Below, in pieces: positions 38,561 through 50,778 of a stretch of 64,000 nt of DNA. How positions within the stretch are numbered: position 1 is the first letter of the stretch; every line of letters starts with the position of its first letter. Under the pieces are notes generated by a model, which saw nothing but the letters and a program-made list of their open reading frames with translations, was not told where the DNA came from and searched no databases. Source of the DNA: Malacoraja senta (lineage: Eukaryota); NCBI GenBank assembly GCA_038087875.1, contig CM075991.1:372001-436000 (forward strand). The letters run 5' to 3'. A program made the position numbers and the translations under genes.

Positions 38561-38920
38561 ACGTTAATTACGCCGCAAACCACCCCGCTGCACCATTACG
38601 TCACTACGCCGCGACGTCATTGCGCCGCAACTTCCGCCCTCCTCGTTGTCACGTGACAGTTCCACCTCGGCCAATCACAGGCTGGTCCGCACCTCAGCCG
38701 TCCAATGACCACAGACCATGCTCTCCTCCAATCACAGCTCCTGACCAATCAGCACAGCTTACCGCCGCCCAACAGCCAATCACCCGCTGTGTTTCTCAGC
38801 ATTTTTGTGTACCTTCGATTTTCCAGCATCTGCAGTTCCTTCTTTAACAGCCAATCACCGCACGCGGTATCCGCCCGGCGACCAATTAGAATGGAGGCCA
38901 CCCTGTGCCCGAGACTGGAG

Positions 38921-39028
38921 AGCTCGTCACTTCCTCCCGACACGCCCACACGCATCTCGTCACTTCCTCCCGACACGCCCACACGCAGCTCGTCACTTCC
39001 TCCCGGCACGCCCACACGCTGCTCGTCT
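38921..39028. repeat. 33-bp tandem repeat, about 3.2 copies, in the promoter
   Basis: Unit agctcgtcacttcctcccgacacgcccacacgc; ctcgtcac recurs at 38923, 38956 and 38989. Confidence 0.9.
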
Positions 39029-42000
39029 CCAGGACACGGATCCAGCCGCGGCACCAAAGGGCCCGAGCGGCCTCTCCACAGATGCTGAGTGACCGCTGAA
39101 TTACTCCAGCACTCTGTATATCTTTTTGTAAACCGGCATCTGCGGTTCCTTGTTTCTCCTCCCTGCTCTCATATCGATTTGCTCCACCTCCCCCATGCAC
39201 CTTCAAGCCCACAATAGCCTGTTTCCATGCTGTGTCACTAGAGCTCAGGCAGTGGAGGGAATAGATAGGCGACATTTCATGTCGGGAGCCTAGATGCTGC
39301 CTGACCTGCTAAGTTACCCCAGCGCATCGTGTTTTGCTTAAGATTGCAGCTTGACTGGTCTGTCTGTGGCTTCCTGCTTTGTAACAACAAACCCACCAAA
39401 AGCTTGAAGAGCAACATACCGTCTTCAGTATGGGCACATTGCAGCCACCTGAACTGATTATCAAATTCTCCAACCTTATGTTATTTTGTCTATCAGAACT
39501 GACCACTTCTGCCAGTCATCCATCTATGATTTGGCCGAATTTCTGTTTACATTGGTATAGTCTAGCTTTTGGGGCATATCTCACAGCTCTGGTGGCAGCA
39601 ACTTTTAACTGCCACACTAACACACTTGGTCTCACCCCATCACTATATTTCCCTTTGTTCAATCTACGTACACCTTGTCTGTTACTGGAAAACTATACTG
39701 CTTTAGAAAATACATGCAGGTACAGCAAGCTGTGAAGAAAGCTAATGGGATCTTGGCCTTCGTTGCGAGAGGATTTGCTTTTAGGAGCAAGGAGATCCTA
39801 CTGCAGTTGTACAGGGGCCCTGGTGAGACTGCACATGGAGTGTTGTGTGCAATTTTGGTGTCCTAATTTGAGGAACGACATTATTGCTATTGAGGGAGTG
39901 CAGCGTAGGTTCACCGGGTTAATTCCCGGGATGGCGACTGACATGATGAAAGAATGGGTCGACTGGGCCTGTATTCACTGAAATTTAGAATGAGAAGAGA
40001 TCTTAAAGAAACATAGAATTCTTAAAGAATTGGACAGGCTAGATACAGGAAATATTTTCCTGATGTTGGGGGGGAAGTCCAGAACCAGCTGTTTAAGAAT
40101 AAGGGGTAGGCCATTTAGGACTGAGATGAAACATTTTTTCACCCAGAGAGTTATGAATCTGTGGAATTATTTGGCACAGAAAGCAGTAGAGGCCAATTCA
40201 CTGGATGTTTTGAAGAAAGAGTTATATTTAGCTCTTGGGGCTAAAGGAATCAGAGATATGGGGAAGAAAGCAGGAACAGAGTACTGATTTTAGGTGATCA
40301 GCCATGATCATATTGAATGGCGGTGCTGGCTCAAAGGGCCGAATGCAAACTCCTGCACCTATTTTTCTATGTTTCTATGCTTTAGCTTTTTCTAAGGTTC
40401 CTGGACTTTGGTTTAGAGAAAACCCACTTGCTCACATGGAGAACGTGCAAACTCCACATAGACACCATACAAGGTCAGGATCTAACCCGATCTCTAGCAC
40501 TGTCAGGCATCAGCTGTGCCATTTTGCCTGTGCCACAGATGCTGCTGGCCTGCCGAATGTTTCCAGCATTTTCTATTTTATTTTATTTTCTTATATTATT
40601 TCAAATGTTCACAATCCAAAGTGGTATCCACTTCAAGAGAGAGTTAGATTTGTCTCTTAGGACTAAAGGAATCGAGGGATATGGGGAAAAAGCAGGAACG
40701 GGGTACTGATTTTAGATGATCAGCCATGATCATATTTCCCCAAAAAGTGAATAACATTGTTAGTGCATTACCACCTCATCAATCAGAGGAGGGCATGATT
40801 ATAAACACCAGGTCGTTCCCCAGTAACAAATCTCCCATCCCTTCATCAAATGCTACTCAAGATCTATGATAAGACTTTCCCAAAAATGGATTTACTATCA
40901 TCCGAAACAATCGCACAACTATTTTAAATCTCTTTTCTACCTGTAAATCTAGAACCAGATTAGATTAGAAATACAGCACGGAAACAGGCCCTTTGGCCCA
41001 CCGCATTCACGCCGACCAGTGACAGCACTTTTAGCACTATCCTACACAATAGGGACAATATACAATTTTACCAAAGCCAATTAACCTACAAACCTCATCG
41101 TCTTTGGAATGTGGGAGGAAACCGGAGCACCCAGCGAAAACCCACGCGGTCACAGAGAGAACGTACAAACTCCGTACAGACAGCACCCATAGTCAGGATT
41201 GAACCCGGGTCTCTGGCGCTGTAAGGCAGCCAGAGATTGCTGCGCCACTGTGCTGCCCCATATCTAATTGTTCTAATAATATTCCCTGTAATAATACCCC
41301 ATTGCAATTTGTCTACAGAACTAATGCGCTACAATTCTGAGCACTATATTCTGCATTCTATACCTTTCCCCTTGCTCTACCTATTGTACTTGAATTTGGC
41401 GAGTGTATTTATCCATGGTATTATCTGATCTGGTTGGATAGCATGCAAAACAAAGCTTTTCCTTGAACCTCGGTATATGTGACAATAATAAATCCAAACT
41501 TCCCATTCCTCTGCCCTTGCCGAGCCATGGCGGAAATGATGATGAAATGCACCATTCTTTCAGTAACTCGGCTCACTGCGGTATAGGAGATTTGTAAACC
41601 TGAACGTCAAATCGAGCTCATAATTATAAGGATAATTCTGTAAGTAGGACCAAAAAGACATTTGGACAAGGATAGGGATAGCAAAAGTTTAGAAGCATAT
41701 GGGTCAAGCGCAGGTAGGTGGGACTAGTGTAGATCTTGATCAATGATAGACACAAAATGCTGAAGTAACTCAGCGGGACAGGCAGCATCTCTGGATAGAA
41801 GGAATGGGTGACATTTGGAGTCAAGACCGTCTAGAAATGTTTCGACCCAAAACGTCACCCATTCCTTCTATCCAGAGATGCTGCCTGTCCCGCTAGGTTT
41901 TTCCAGCATTTTGTGGAAATGCAAAATTTATGGTGTCTGCAGTTCCCTCCTACACATAGATCTTGCTCGAAGGGCCTGTTTCCATGTTGTATGACTCTCT

Positions 42001-45000
42001 GACTGGGGATGTTGGCACCTTGTGCCTGACCCGCCATTCAATGAGATCATAATTGATCTTTCTCCTCAGCATTGCTTTCCTATCTAAAACCCATATCCCT
42101 TGATCCATTGAGCAGCAGTGATCTGTACTTGAAACATGGTCAGATCATTGCATGCATCTCAATGTACTGAAGAGTGTGTGAAGAGAATGACGGGCTACGG
42201 GAATTGTGGAGGAAAATGGAGTGGAGGTAAATCACCCATCAGAGTATCAGGCAACCCCACTACTGTTCCTAATTCCTATGCTTTGGTAATTTTTTACTTT
42301 AAAAAAAATGTTTTATTCATAAAAAATCAAAATGTCTGTACCAGAATTTTCCAGCCAACAATATCATCACAAGCCACGTTATTCCGATTATTCTCTGTTT
42401 GCACATCAGTTGCAATAGCCCTTGAGCAAATAGTTGCGTGCAGTGGGAAGAGGGCCTTGAACTTTGCTCTCCCCATAGAGCCTTAGCTCTATTGTGAAAA
42501 TAAGATCACACAGTGCAGGCACTAACACATCGACATTGATCAGTAGATTGACAGGGTGACAGGAAACTGAATTGGCATGAGTAGTCTTTAGCTGGTTGGC
42601 AAGATGCAGAGAGTCAAGTGTCTTATTGTCCGATGTCCTGACAAGGAACAATGAAGCAGCAGCACTACAGGTTGTAAACACAATACTCTGTAGATAATAT
42701 AATAAACAAAAAGAAAAGTTCAATAAGTAAAAAACACAATATAGTGCCAACACACCACAATGCCCAAATCCCTAGTGTAACCCAGGAAGTTGATAGTTCA
42801 GCTGGAGCTTATTATGTTCAATGGCTTGATGGTTGGTCATTGGGATGAAGTTGTTCTTGAACATGGATGTTACAGTTTTTATATTCCCTGGCAGGAGTGA
42901 AATGAGAGTGTGGCCAGTATGGTGTGGGTCCTTATGATGCTGGCTGCCTTTTGCTGCAATGACTCCTATAGATCCCCTCTATGGTGGGGAGGTCAGTACT
43001 GGTGATGGACCAGGTAGGGCACACCACTTTTTGTAATCTCCTTTGTTCCTAGGCATTCGAGTTGTAATGAGTGACGTTCCAGAGGGATCAGTGTTGGGCC
43101 TCAATGTTTTATAATTTACATAAATGTCTTGGGGAAAGGAACCAAATAGGTTTGCTGAACTGTTTGATGGCATAAAAAGAGTAAGAAATTAAGAGTCAGA
43201 CATAGGAACTACAAATGCTGATTTATCAAAAAAAAAGATACGAAGTGCTGGGTTAATTAGTCGGGCCAGGCAGCATTTCTGGAGAACATGGATAGGTATA
43301 AGCATAAGTATAAGTATAAGTATTTTTATTAGTCACATTCACATACACCCAGGTGTAGTGAAGTGAAATGCTTCTTGCCATTATGCAGCACACAAAAGAA
43401 TAGAATACAAACATAACACCAAGATAGCCTTAACACAAAGAACATCCCCCCACAATGGCTCCCACCATGAGGGAAGGCACAAAGTCCAGTCCCCAACCCC
43501 AGTTCACCCATAGTCGGGCCCATTGAGGCCTCCACAGTTGCCTCTACGGAGGCCCGATGTTCCAGGCCGTTCTCGCCGGGTGATATTGCTCCGGCGTCGG
43601 GAGAGTCCTCCCAGCGGCCTGGGAACCCTGGAACGGCCGCTTCCGCACTGGGGGCCGCGGCTTCCGAAGCCAACAAGGCCGCGCCGGTTGGAGCTCCACA
43701 ACTGGCGATCTCATCTAGAGATCCCAGGCTCCCGGTGTAAAGTTCAGCGCCGCCGCCCGCAGCTGGTCGCTCCATAGTCCCGCAGCTCCGCGATGTTTTC
43801 TCCAGCGATCCTCAGCTCACCGGAGCTCCAGCGCGGCGACACGGGCAAGGCACCGCCCGCTCCGCGATAGCGCTCCAGCGCTGTGCCGCCGCCGAAGCCG
43901 GACGTTCTGGGCGGTCCCCCGACAGGAAACGCCGCTCCAGGCCCGCTGGTAGGCCGCGAGGACGGGTCGAAGCTGCAGCCCGGAGAAAAAGCTGCCTCTC
44001 CGGCCAGGTAGGGACCCTGAAAGGTAGTTTCCCCCGTTCCCTCGGGTAACGTTTCAGGTCGGACCCTCCTTCAGACTGATTGCGGTGGGGGGAGAGGTGA
44101 CGAAATCTGGAAGAGAGGTGGGCCCAGGACAAAGCTTGGTGAGTGATAGGTGGATACAGGTGAAGGGGGGGGGGAGATTTGCAAACCTTCACATGGGTCC
44201 GCCCGATTTCAACGAATGCAATCAATCTGGCGTGCACAATCAAATAAGATCAAATAGAACAAGTTGTCCTACAACTTTAGGCTCCGCACACCATTTGCAA
44301 GAAGAAGAAAAAGGTGAGGGGGGATTTTGATTGGCAAATGGTTGGACAAAGATCAGATATAAAAAGACAAAAAGAGAGACAAGAATAGAAGAGGAGTGAA
44401 TTGTGAAGCTAGATGAAGGAATGTAGGTGGAAAGGGGGCAGAAAGTGAGGGAAAAGGGAAAAAGAGAAATGGTGTGAGTCCAGATGAGGCACAGGGAAGA
44501 TAGGGGGAATATAACACGAGAGGTTGTTTGTAGGTTAGTTAGCTAAAATTGGAGAATGCTTGCAAGTTACCCAAGCAGAATGAGATATATGTGAGAAAGA
44601 TATAATGAGGCTACAAGAATACATAAATTAGTTAAGTGAATAAAGATTGGGAAAAGTAGCATGTGAAAAACTTGAAATTGTCTACATTTGCAGAGACCTA
44701 GTTGTCCCAATGAACAATTCCCAATAGGTTTACATGTAGATAAAAATAACAAACCGTTTGGAAAGCTAACAGAATGTTGCTGTTTATTGAAAGAGGAATC
44801 GAAACTGAAAGTGGGGAGCTAATGCTTTCGTTTCAGAGAACATTAAATGCTATAAATATGCTGGGAGCAGCTGGATGATGTGCTAAATCGGTATCAATAG
44901 ACAATAGGTGTAGGAGTAGGCCATTCGGCCCATCGAGCCAGCACCGCCATTCAATGTGATCATGGCTGATCATCCCCAATCAGTACCCCGTTCCTGCCAT

Positions 45001-46424
45001 CTCCCCATATCCCATGACTATCATATGGTCATACGTCATAGGAGTAGAATTAGGCCATTTGACACATCAAGTCTACTCCGCCATTCAATCGTGGCTTATC
45101 TAACTCTCCCTCCTAACCCCATTCTCCTGCCTTCTCCCCATAACCCCTGACACCCGTACTAATCAAGAATCTATCTATCTCTGCCTTAAAAATATCGCCA
45201 GACTTGGCCTCCATACCCTTCTGTGGCAAAGAATTCCACAGATTCACCACCCTCTGACTAAAGAAATTTCTCCTCACCTACTTCCTAAAAGAACGTCCTT
45301 TAATTCTGAGGTTATGACCTCTAGTCCTAGACTCTCCCACTAGTGGAAACATCCTCTCCATATCCACTCTGTCCAAGCCTTTCACTATTCTGTGTGTTTC
45401 AATGAGGTTCCCCCTCATCCTTCTAAACTGCTGCGAGTACAGGACCAGTGCCGACAAAAATGCTCATCATAGGTTAACCTACTAATTCCTGGGATTATCC
45501 TCTGGACCTTCTCCAGAGCCAACGTATCCTTCATCCTTCAGAAGCTGCTTCAGTAGGAGTGGCTGGATGGAGCAGGCTGGTAAACACTGGCGTTTAGAGA
45601 GTGAGAGGCAACTTTATTGTCGTATGTAAGATCTGAGAAAGCCTGACACAGAAGATCTGGAGGATCTTCCCTTTTTGAGTCTCAACCCGAAACGTCGCCT
45701 ACGCCATAGATGCTGCCTCACCCACTGAGTTTCTCCAGCATTTTTGTCTATCTTCCCTTTTTGAGAAGTCATCTGCAACTCGGGCTCAAGGTTACAAAAA
45801 GAAAGGGTTGCCCATTTCATACAAAAGGTATTCTTTGTCTCTTAAAGGGTTGAGAGTGAAACTTTTTTTTCTCAAAGGGTTCTCTAAGCAGATTCATTAA
45901 AGCTCCACAAAAGGAAAATAATTTCACTGTGCAGTGCATACATGACAATATTGAACCATTGACCAGTGAATATTTTTAGGGCTGATATTTGATAAGCAAA
46001 GGCAGAAAACTACCTCAATTGTATGGGAATGCAGAGTTGCAGCTCTTCCCTAATTAAATGGATCATGCAAGAGGGACTGAGTAAACTACTCCAGCTTTGA
46101 GTCAGATACTCACTCATATGTCCCCACAGAGCCACTGGCAGTGCAGGCAAGCCAAAGACCTACCCAAGGACAATTGATCACCTTACATCTGATTGTGCAG
46201 TTTGCTTTGATGGGTGGGCTAACATCTCAAGTCCAAGGTAAACACCTTTCTCTGAACATCAAGGCAATTTCCACTAGACAGTGATGTAGCTCAGAACAGG
46301 AATTGGGGGTGACACAGCAGCATGGATTGAGAGCTGGTTAACAGTTTATTAAGAGACACAGCAGGGAAACAGGCCCTTCGGCCCACCAAATCCACGCCGA
46401 CCATGGATCACCCGTTCACACGAG

Positions 46425-49310
46425 TTAGAAACATAGAAAATATGTGCAGGAGTAGGCCATTCGGCCCTTTGAGCCAGCACCGCCATTCAATATGAGCATG
46501 GCTGATCATCCATAATCAGTACCCCGTTCCTGCTTTTTCCCCATTTCCCTTGATTCCAATAGCCCTAAGAGCGAAATCTAACTCTCTCTTGAAACCATCC
46601 AGTGAATTGGCCTCCACTGCCTTCTGTGGTAGAGAATTCCACAGAATCACAACTCTCTGGATGAAGAAGTTTTTCCTCAACTTAGTCCTAAATGGCCTAC
46701 CCTTTATTCTTAAACTGTAACCCCTGGTTCTGGACTCCCCAACATGGGGAATATTTTTCCTGAACCTTAAGAATTTTACGTGTTTCTATAAGATCTCCTC
46801 TCATCCTTTCAAATTCCAGTCAATACAAGCCCAGTTGATCCATTCTTTCATTCAGTCCAGCCATCCCAGGAATTAATCTAGTGAATCTACTCTGCACTCC
46901 CTCAATAGCAATAATGTCCTTCCTCAAATTAGGAGACCAAAACTGCACACAATACTCCAGGTGCGGTCTCACCAGGGCCCTGTACAACTGCAGTAGGACC
47001 TCCTTGCTCCTAAACTCAAATTATCTTGCAATGAAGGCTAGCATGCTGTTTGCTTTCTTCACTCCCTGTTGTACCTGCCTGCTTACTTTCAGTGACTGAT
47101 GTACAAGGACACCCAGGTCTCGTTGCACCTCGTTTTTCTAATATGACACTATTCAGATAATAATCTGCCTTCCTGTCTTGCCACCTAAGTGGATAACCTC
47201 ACATTTATCCACAATATACTGCATCTGCCATGGATCTGTCCACTCATCCAACCTATCTAAGTCACCCTGCAGCCTCATAGCATCCTCCTCGCTGCTCACT
47301 CTGCCTCCCAGCTTTGTGTCATCCGCAAACTTGGAGAAGTTACATTTAATTCCCTTGTCTAAATCGTTTATATTGTAAATAAGTGGGGTCCCAGCACGGA
47401 GCCTTGCGGCATCCCACTAGTCATTGCCTGCCATTCTGAAAAGGACCCGTTAATTCCTACTCTTTGCTTCCTGTCTGCCAACCAGTTCTCTATCCATGTC
47501 AATACCCCCAAAACCAGGTGCTCTCATTTTGCACACTGTGAGGGACCTTGTCAAAGGCTTTTTCAAAGTCCAGATACACCACATCTCCCTTATCCATTCT
47601 ACTTGTTACATAGAAACATAGAAAATAGGTGGAGGAGGAGGCCATTCTGCCTTTCGAGCCAGCACCGCCATTCATTGTGATCATGGCTGATCATCCCCTA
47701 TCAATAACCCGTGCCTCCCTTCTCCACATATCCCTTGACTCCACTAGCCCCTAGAGCTCTATCTAACTCTCTCTTACACCACCTATGCATGTTCTCCAGA
47801 GATGCTGCCTGACCGTGGTAGGATACCAATGTGATTTAAATGGAGACACAATGGGAAATGTCAATGTACAGAAGTACATGCATGCCATGATGCAAAAATC
47901 ATTAGCATACAGATGCAGCAGGTGACCGAGAGGTCAGATGGTATGATGGCTTTTATTCAAGATGACTGGAGTATGAGCAAGGGTATCTTCTTACAATTAC
48001 ATTGGGCCATTGGGCCACTATACCTTGAGTATTGGGTGCAAATTTGCCATTTTACATAATAAGCCATACTTCTTGTATGGCTTATTAGATGTAACTAGTA
48101 GAGTGGATAAGGGAGAACTAGTGGATGTGTTATATCTGGACTTTCAGAAGGCTTCGACAAGGTCCCACATAAGAGATTAGTATACAAACTTAAAGCACAC
48201 GGTATTGGGGTTCAGTATTGATGTGGATAGAGAACTGGCTGGCAGACAGGAGCAAAGAGTAGGAGTTTCAGAATGGCAGGCAGTGACTAGTGGGGTACCG
48301 CAAGGCTCAGAGCTGGGACCCCAGCATTTACAATATATATTAATTATTTGGACAGGGGAATTGAATGCAACATCTCCACGTTTGCGGATGACACGAAGCT
48401 GGGGGGCAGTGTTAGCTGTGAGGAGGGTGGTAGGAGGCTGCAAGATGACTTGGATAGGCTGGGTGAGTGGGCAAATGCATGGCAGATGCTGTATAATGTG
48501 ATAAATGTGAGGTTATCCACTTTGGTGGCAAAAACAGGAAAGTAGACTATTACTTGAATGGTGGCCGATTAGGAAAACGGGAGATGCAACGAGACCTGGG
48601 TGTCATGGTACACCAGTCATTGAAAGTAGGCATGCAGGTGCAGCAGGCAATGAAGAAAGCGAATGGTATGCTAGTATTCATAGCAAAAGGATTTGAGGAG
48701 CAGGAGGTTCTACTGCAGTTGTACAGGGTCTTGGTGAGACCACACCTGGAGTATTGCGTACAGTTTTGGTCTCCTAATCTGAGGAAGGACATTCTTGCCA
48801 TAGAGGGAGTACAGAGAAGGTTCACCAGACTGATTCCTGGGATGTCAGGACTTTCATATGAAGAAAGACTGGATAGACTCGGCTTGTACTCGCTAGAATT
48901 TAGAAGAGATTGAGGGGGGATCTTATAGAAACTTACAAAATTCTTAAGGGGTTGGACAGCTAGATGCTGGAAGATTGTTCCCGATGTTGGGGAAGTCCAG
49001 AACAAGGGTCACAGTTTAAGGATAAAGGGGAAATCTTTTAGGATTGAGATGAGAAAAACATTTTTTACACAGAGAGTGGTGAATCTGTGGAATTCTCTGC
49101 CACAGAAGGTAGTTGAGGCCAGTTCATTGGCTATATTTAAGAGGGAGTTAGATGTGGCCCTTGTGGCTAAAGGGATCAGGGGGTATGGAGAGAAGGCAGG
49201 TACAGGATACTGAGTTGGATGATCAGCCATGATCATATTGAATGGCGGTGCAGGCTCGAAGGGTCGAATGGCCTACTCCTGCACCTATTTTCTATTTCTA
49301 TGTTTCTTAT
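46425..49310. mobile_element. Two oppositely oriented CR1 RT/3' fragments (46425-47610 minus; 48085-49310 plus)
   Basis: RT motifs YLDF(E/Q)KAFDKVPH and FADDTKLGG with CR1 tails at the outer ends. Confidence 0.88.
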
Positions 49311-50029
49311 GGAGGAAATACAGTGAAGATCAACAAACCAATTTGTGGAATGACAGCTTTACCACAAGGAGAGATCACGTACGTTAGTGTCCATTTTTTC
49401 TAAAGTTTCTTTTTAGTTGCTTTCTCCATATAAGGGGAGCTCAGCTGGAAGCTACTGTCTCACAGCGCAAGAGGCCCGGGTTTGATCCTAACCTCCAGTG
49501 CTGCCTGTGTGGAATTTGCACGTTTTCTCCCACATTCCAAGGTCATGCAAGTTTGTAGGTGAATTAGTCTCGGTAGGTTGCCCTTGTGTGCAGGAGTGGA
49601 TGAGAAAGTGGGATAACATAGAACTAGTGTGTTTGGGTGATGGATGTTAGTGTGCACCCAGGGCTGCCAACTCTCACGCTTTGAGCGTGAGAATCACGCC
49701 CTCAGGCAAACTCTCACGCCCTCACCGCTGATCAGAAATTTCTCACGCTCTGTGGTGAGAAATTCTGTGATCAACGAAAATTTAAAAACTCAGATAAACT
49801 GCATGGTCCGCGGGTGTTGGAGAGCCGGGGCTGCGGGAGGGATGGAAGCAGCGGGCGGATACAGATGCGGGGAGCCGGTGCTGGTGAGTGTTTGCGGGGC
49901 TGGTGAGTAGCTCGCTGCAGCTCCGACCATGGAGCAGCCTCAGTGCGAGAGTCCCGGGCCGTCGGAGGCGTCGGAAGCATTGCCCCGCTGCCGTGAGAGT
50001 CTCTGTGCCGAAGGGACAGACTCTCAAAG

Positions 50030-50417
50030 GGAGGTGGAGAGAGAGAGAGGGGAAGGAGACAGGGGGGAGAGAGAGGGGAGAGACAGAGGGGGGGTGAATG
50101 GAGTGAGAGAAGAGGGAGAGGGGGGGAGAGAGAGGGATTAGAGGGAAGAGAGAGGGGGTGGAGAGGGTAGGAGAGAATGGGAGAGAGGGGTGGTAAAAGA
50201 GAGAGGGGGAGAGGGAGAGGGGGAAAGAGAGATGGGGGGCAAAGAGAAAGAGGAGATAGAGACAGGAGAAAGAGAGGGGAAAGAGAGAGGGGAAAGAGAG
50301 CAAGGGGGAGAGTGAGGTGGGTGGGAGAAATGGGGGAGCGAGAGAGGAGAGAGAGAGGGGGGAGAGAGAGAGGGGGAGAGAGAGGGAGGGGGAGAGAGAG
50401 GGAGGGGGAGAGAGAGG
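50030..50417. repeat. Polypurine (GA-rich) low-complexity tract
   Basis: About 390 bp of almost pure G/A between the two left arms of the TIR element. Confidence 0.95.
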
Positions 50418-50641
50418 CAGGGCTGCCAACTCCCATGCATTTCGCCAAATTCTCACGCTGATCACAAATTTCTCTTGCTCGGTGGTGAGAAATTCTGTGA
50501 TCAAAGAAAATTTCAAAACTCATATCAACTGCATGGGCCATGGGTGTTGGAAGCAGAAGCAGCGACGGGGACAGATGCGGATGGGGAGCGGGGCTGGCGA
50601 GTGTTTGCCGGGCTGGCGAGTCGCTCACTGCAGCTCCGGCC

Positions 50642-50778
50642 ATGGAGCAGTCTCAGTGCAAGGCGTTGGAAGCGTTGCGCCGCTGCCGTGAGAGTCTCTG
50701 TGCCAAATTCGCCCAGGCATGGATCAGGCTGAGGCTCGGTGAATCCTGGAGGACAACCAGTGGCTGCTGGAAGTAAGT
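50642..50778 (+). pseudogene. Captured TDP2-like exon 1 fragment (UBA-like domain) with splice donor; related pieces at 49929-50012 and 35536-35854
   Basis: The three copies give a consensus MEQPQCESPGPSEASEALRRCRESLCAEFALVTGMDQAAARCILEDNQWLLE followed by GTAAGT (50773-50778). The pattern LCxEFAxVxxxDxAxAxCxLxxNxWxxE matches the vertebrate TDP2 N-terminus as recalled. Every copy is truncated, deleted or inverted. Confidence 0.75.

Larger units (their letters stand above)
38280..39070. promoter_or_regulatory. CpG-island promoter of STAMBP
   Basis: CpG-rich and non-repetitive. GC box (ccccgccc ~38524), CRE-like TTACGTCA 38596-38603 and GACGTCA 38613-38619, GTCACGTGAC 38648-38657, about seven CCAAT boxes between 38670 and 38886, ETS-like CACTTCC repeats. 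Confidence 0.8.

Noticed and set aside
49771..50691. Long Leu/Pro/Ser- and Arg/Glu/Gly-rich ORFs
   Set aside because: Artefacts of the stop-free GA tract.
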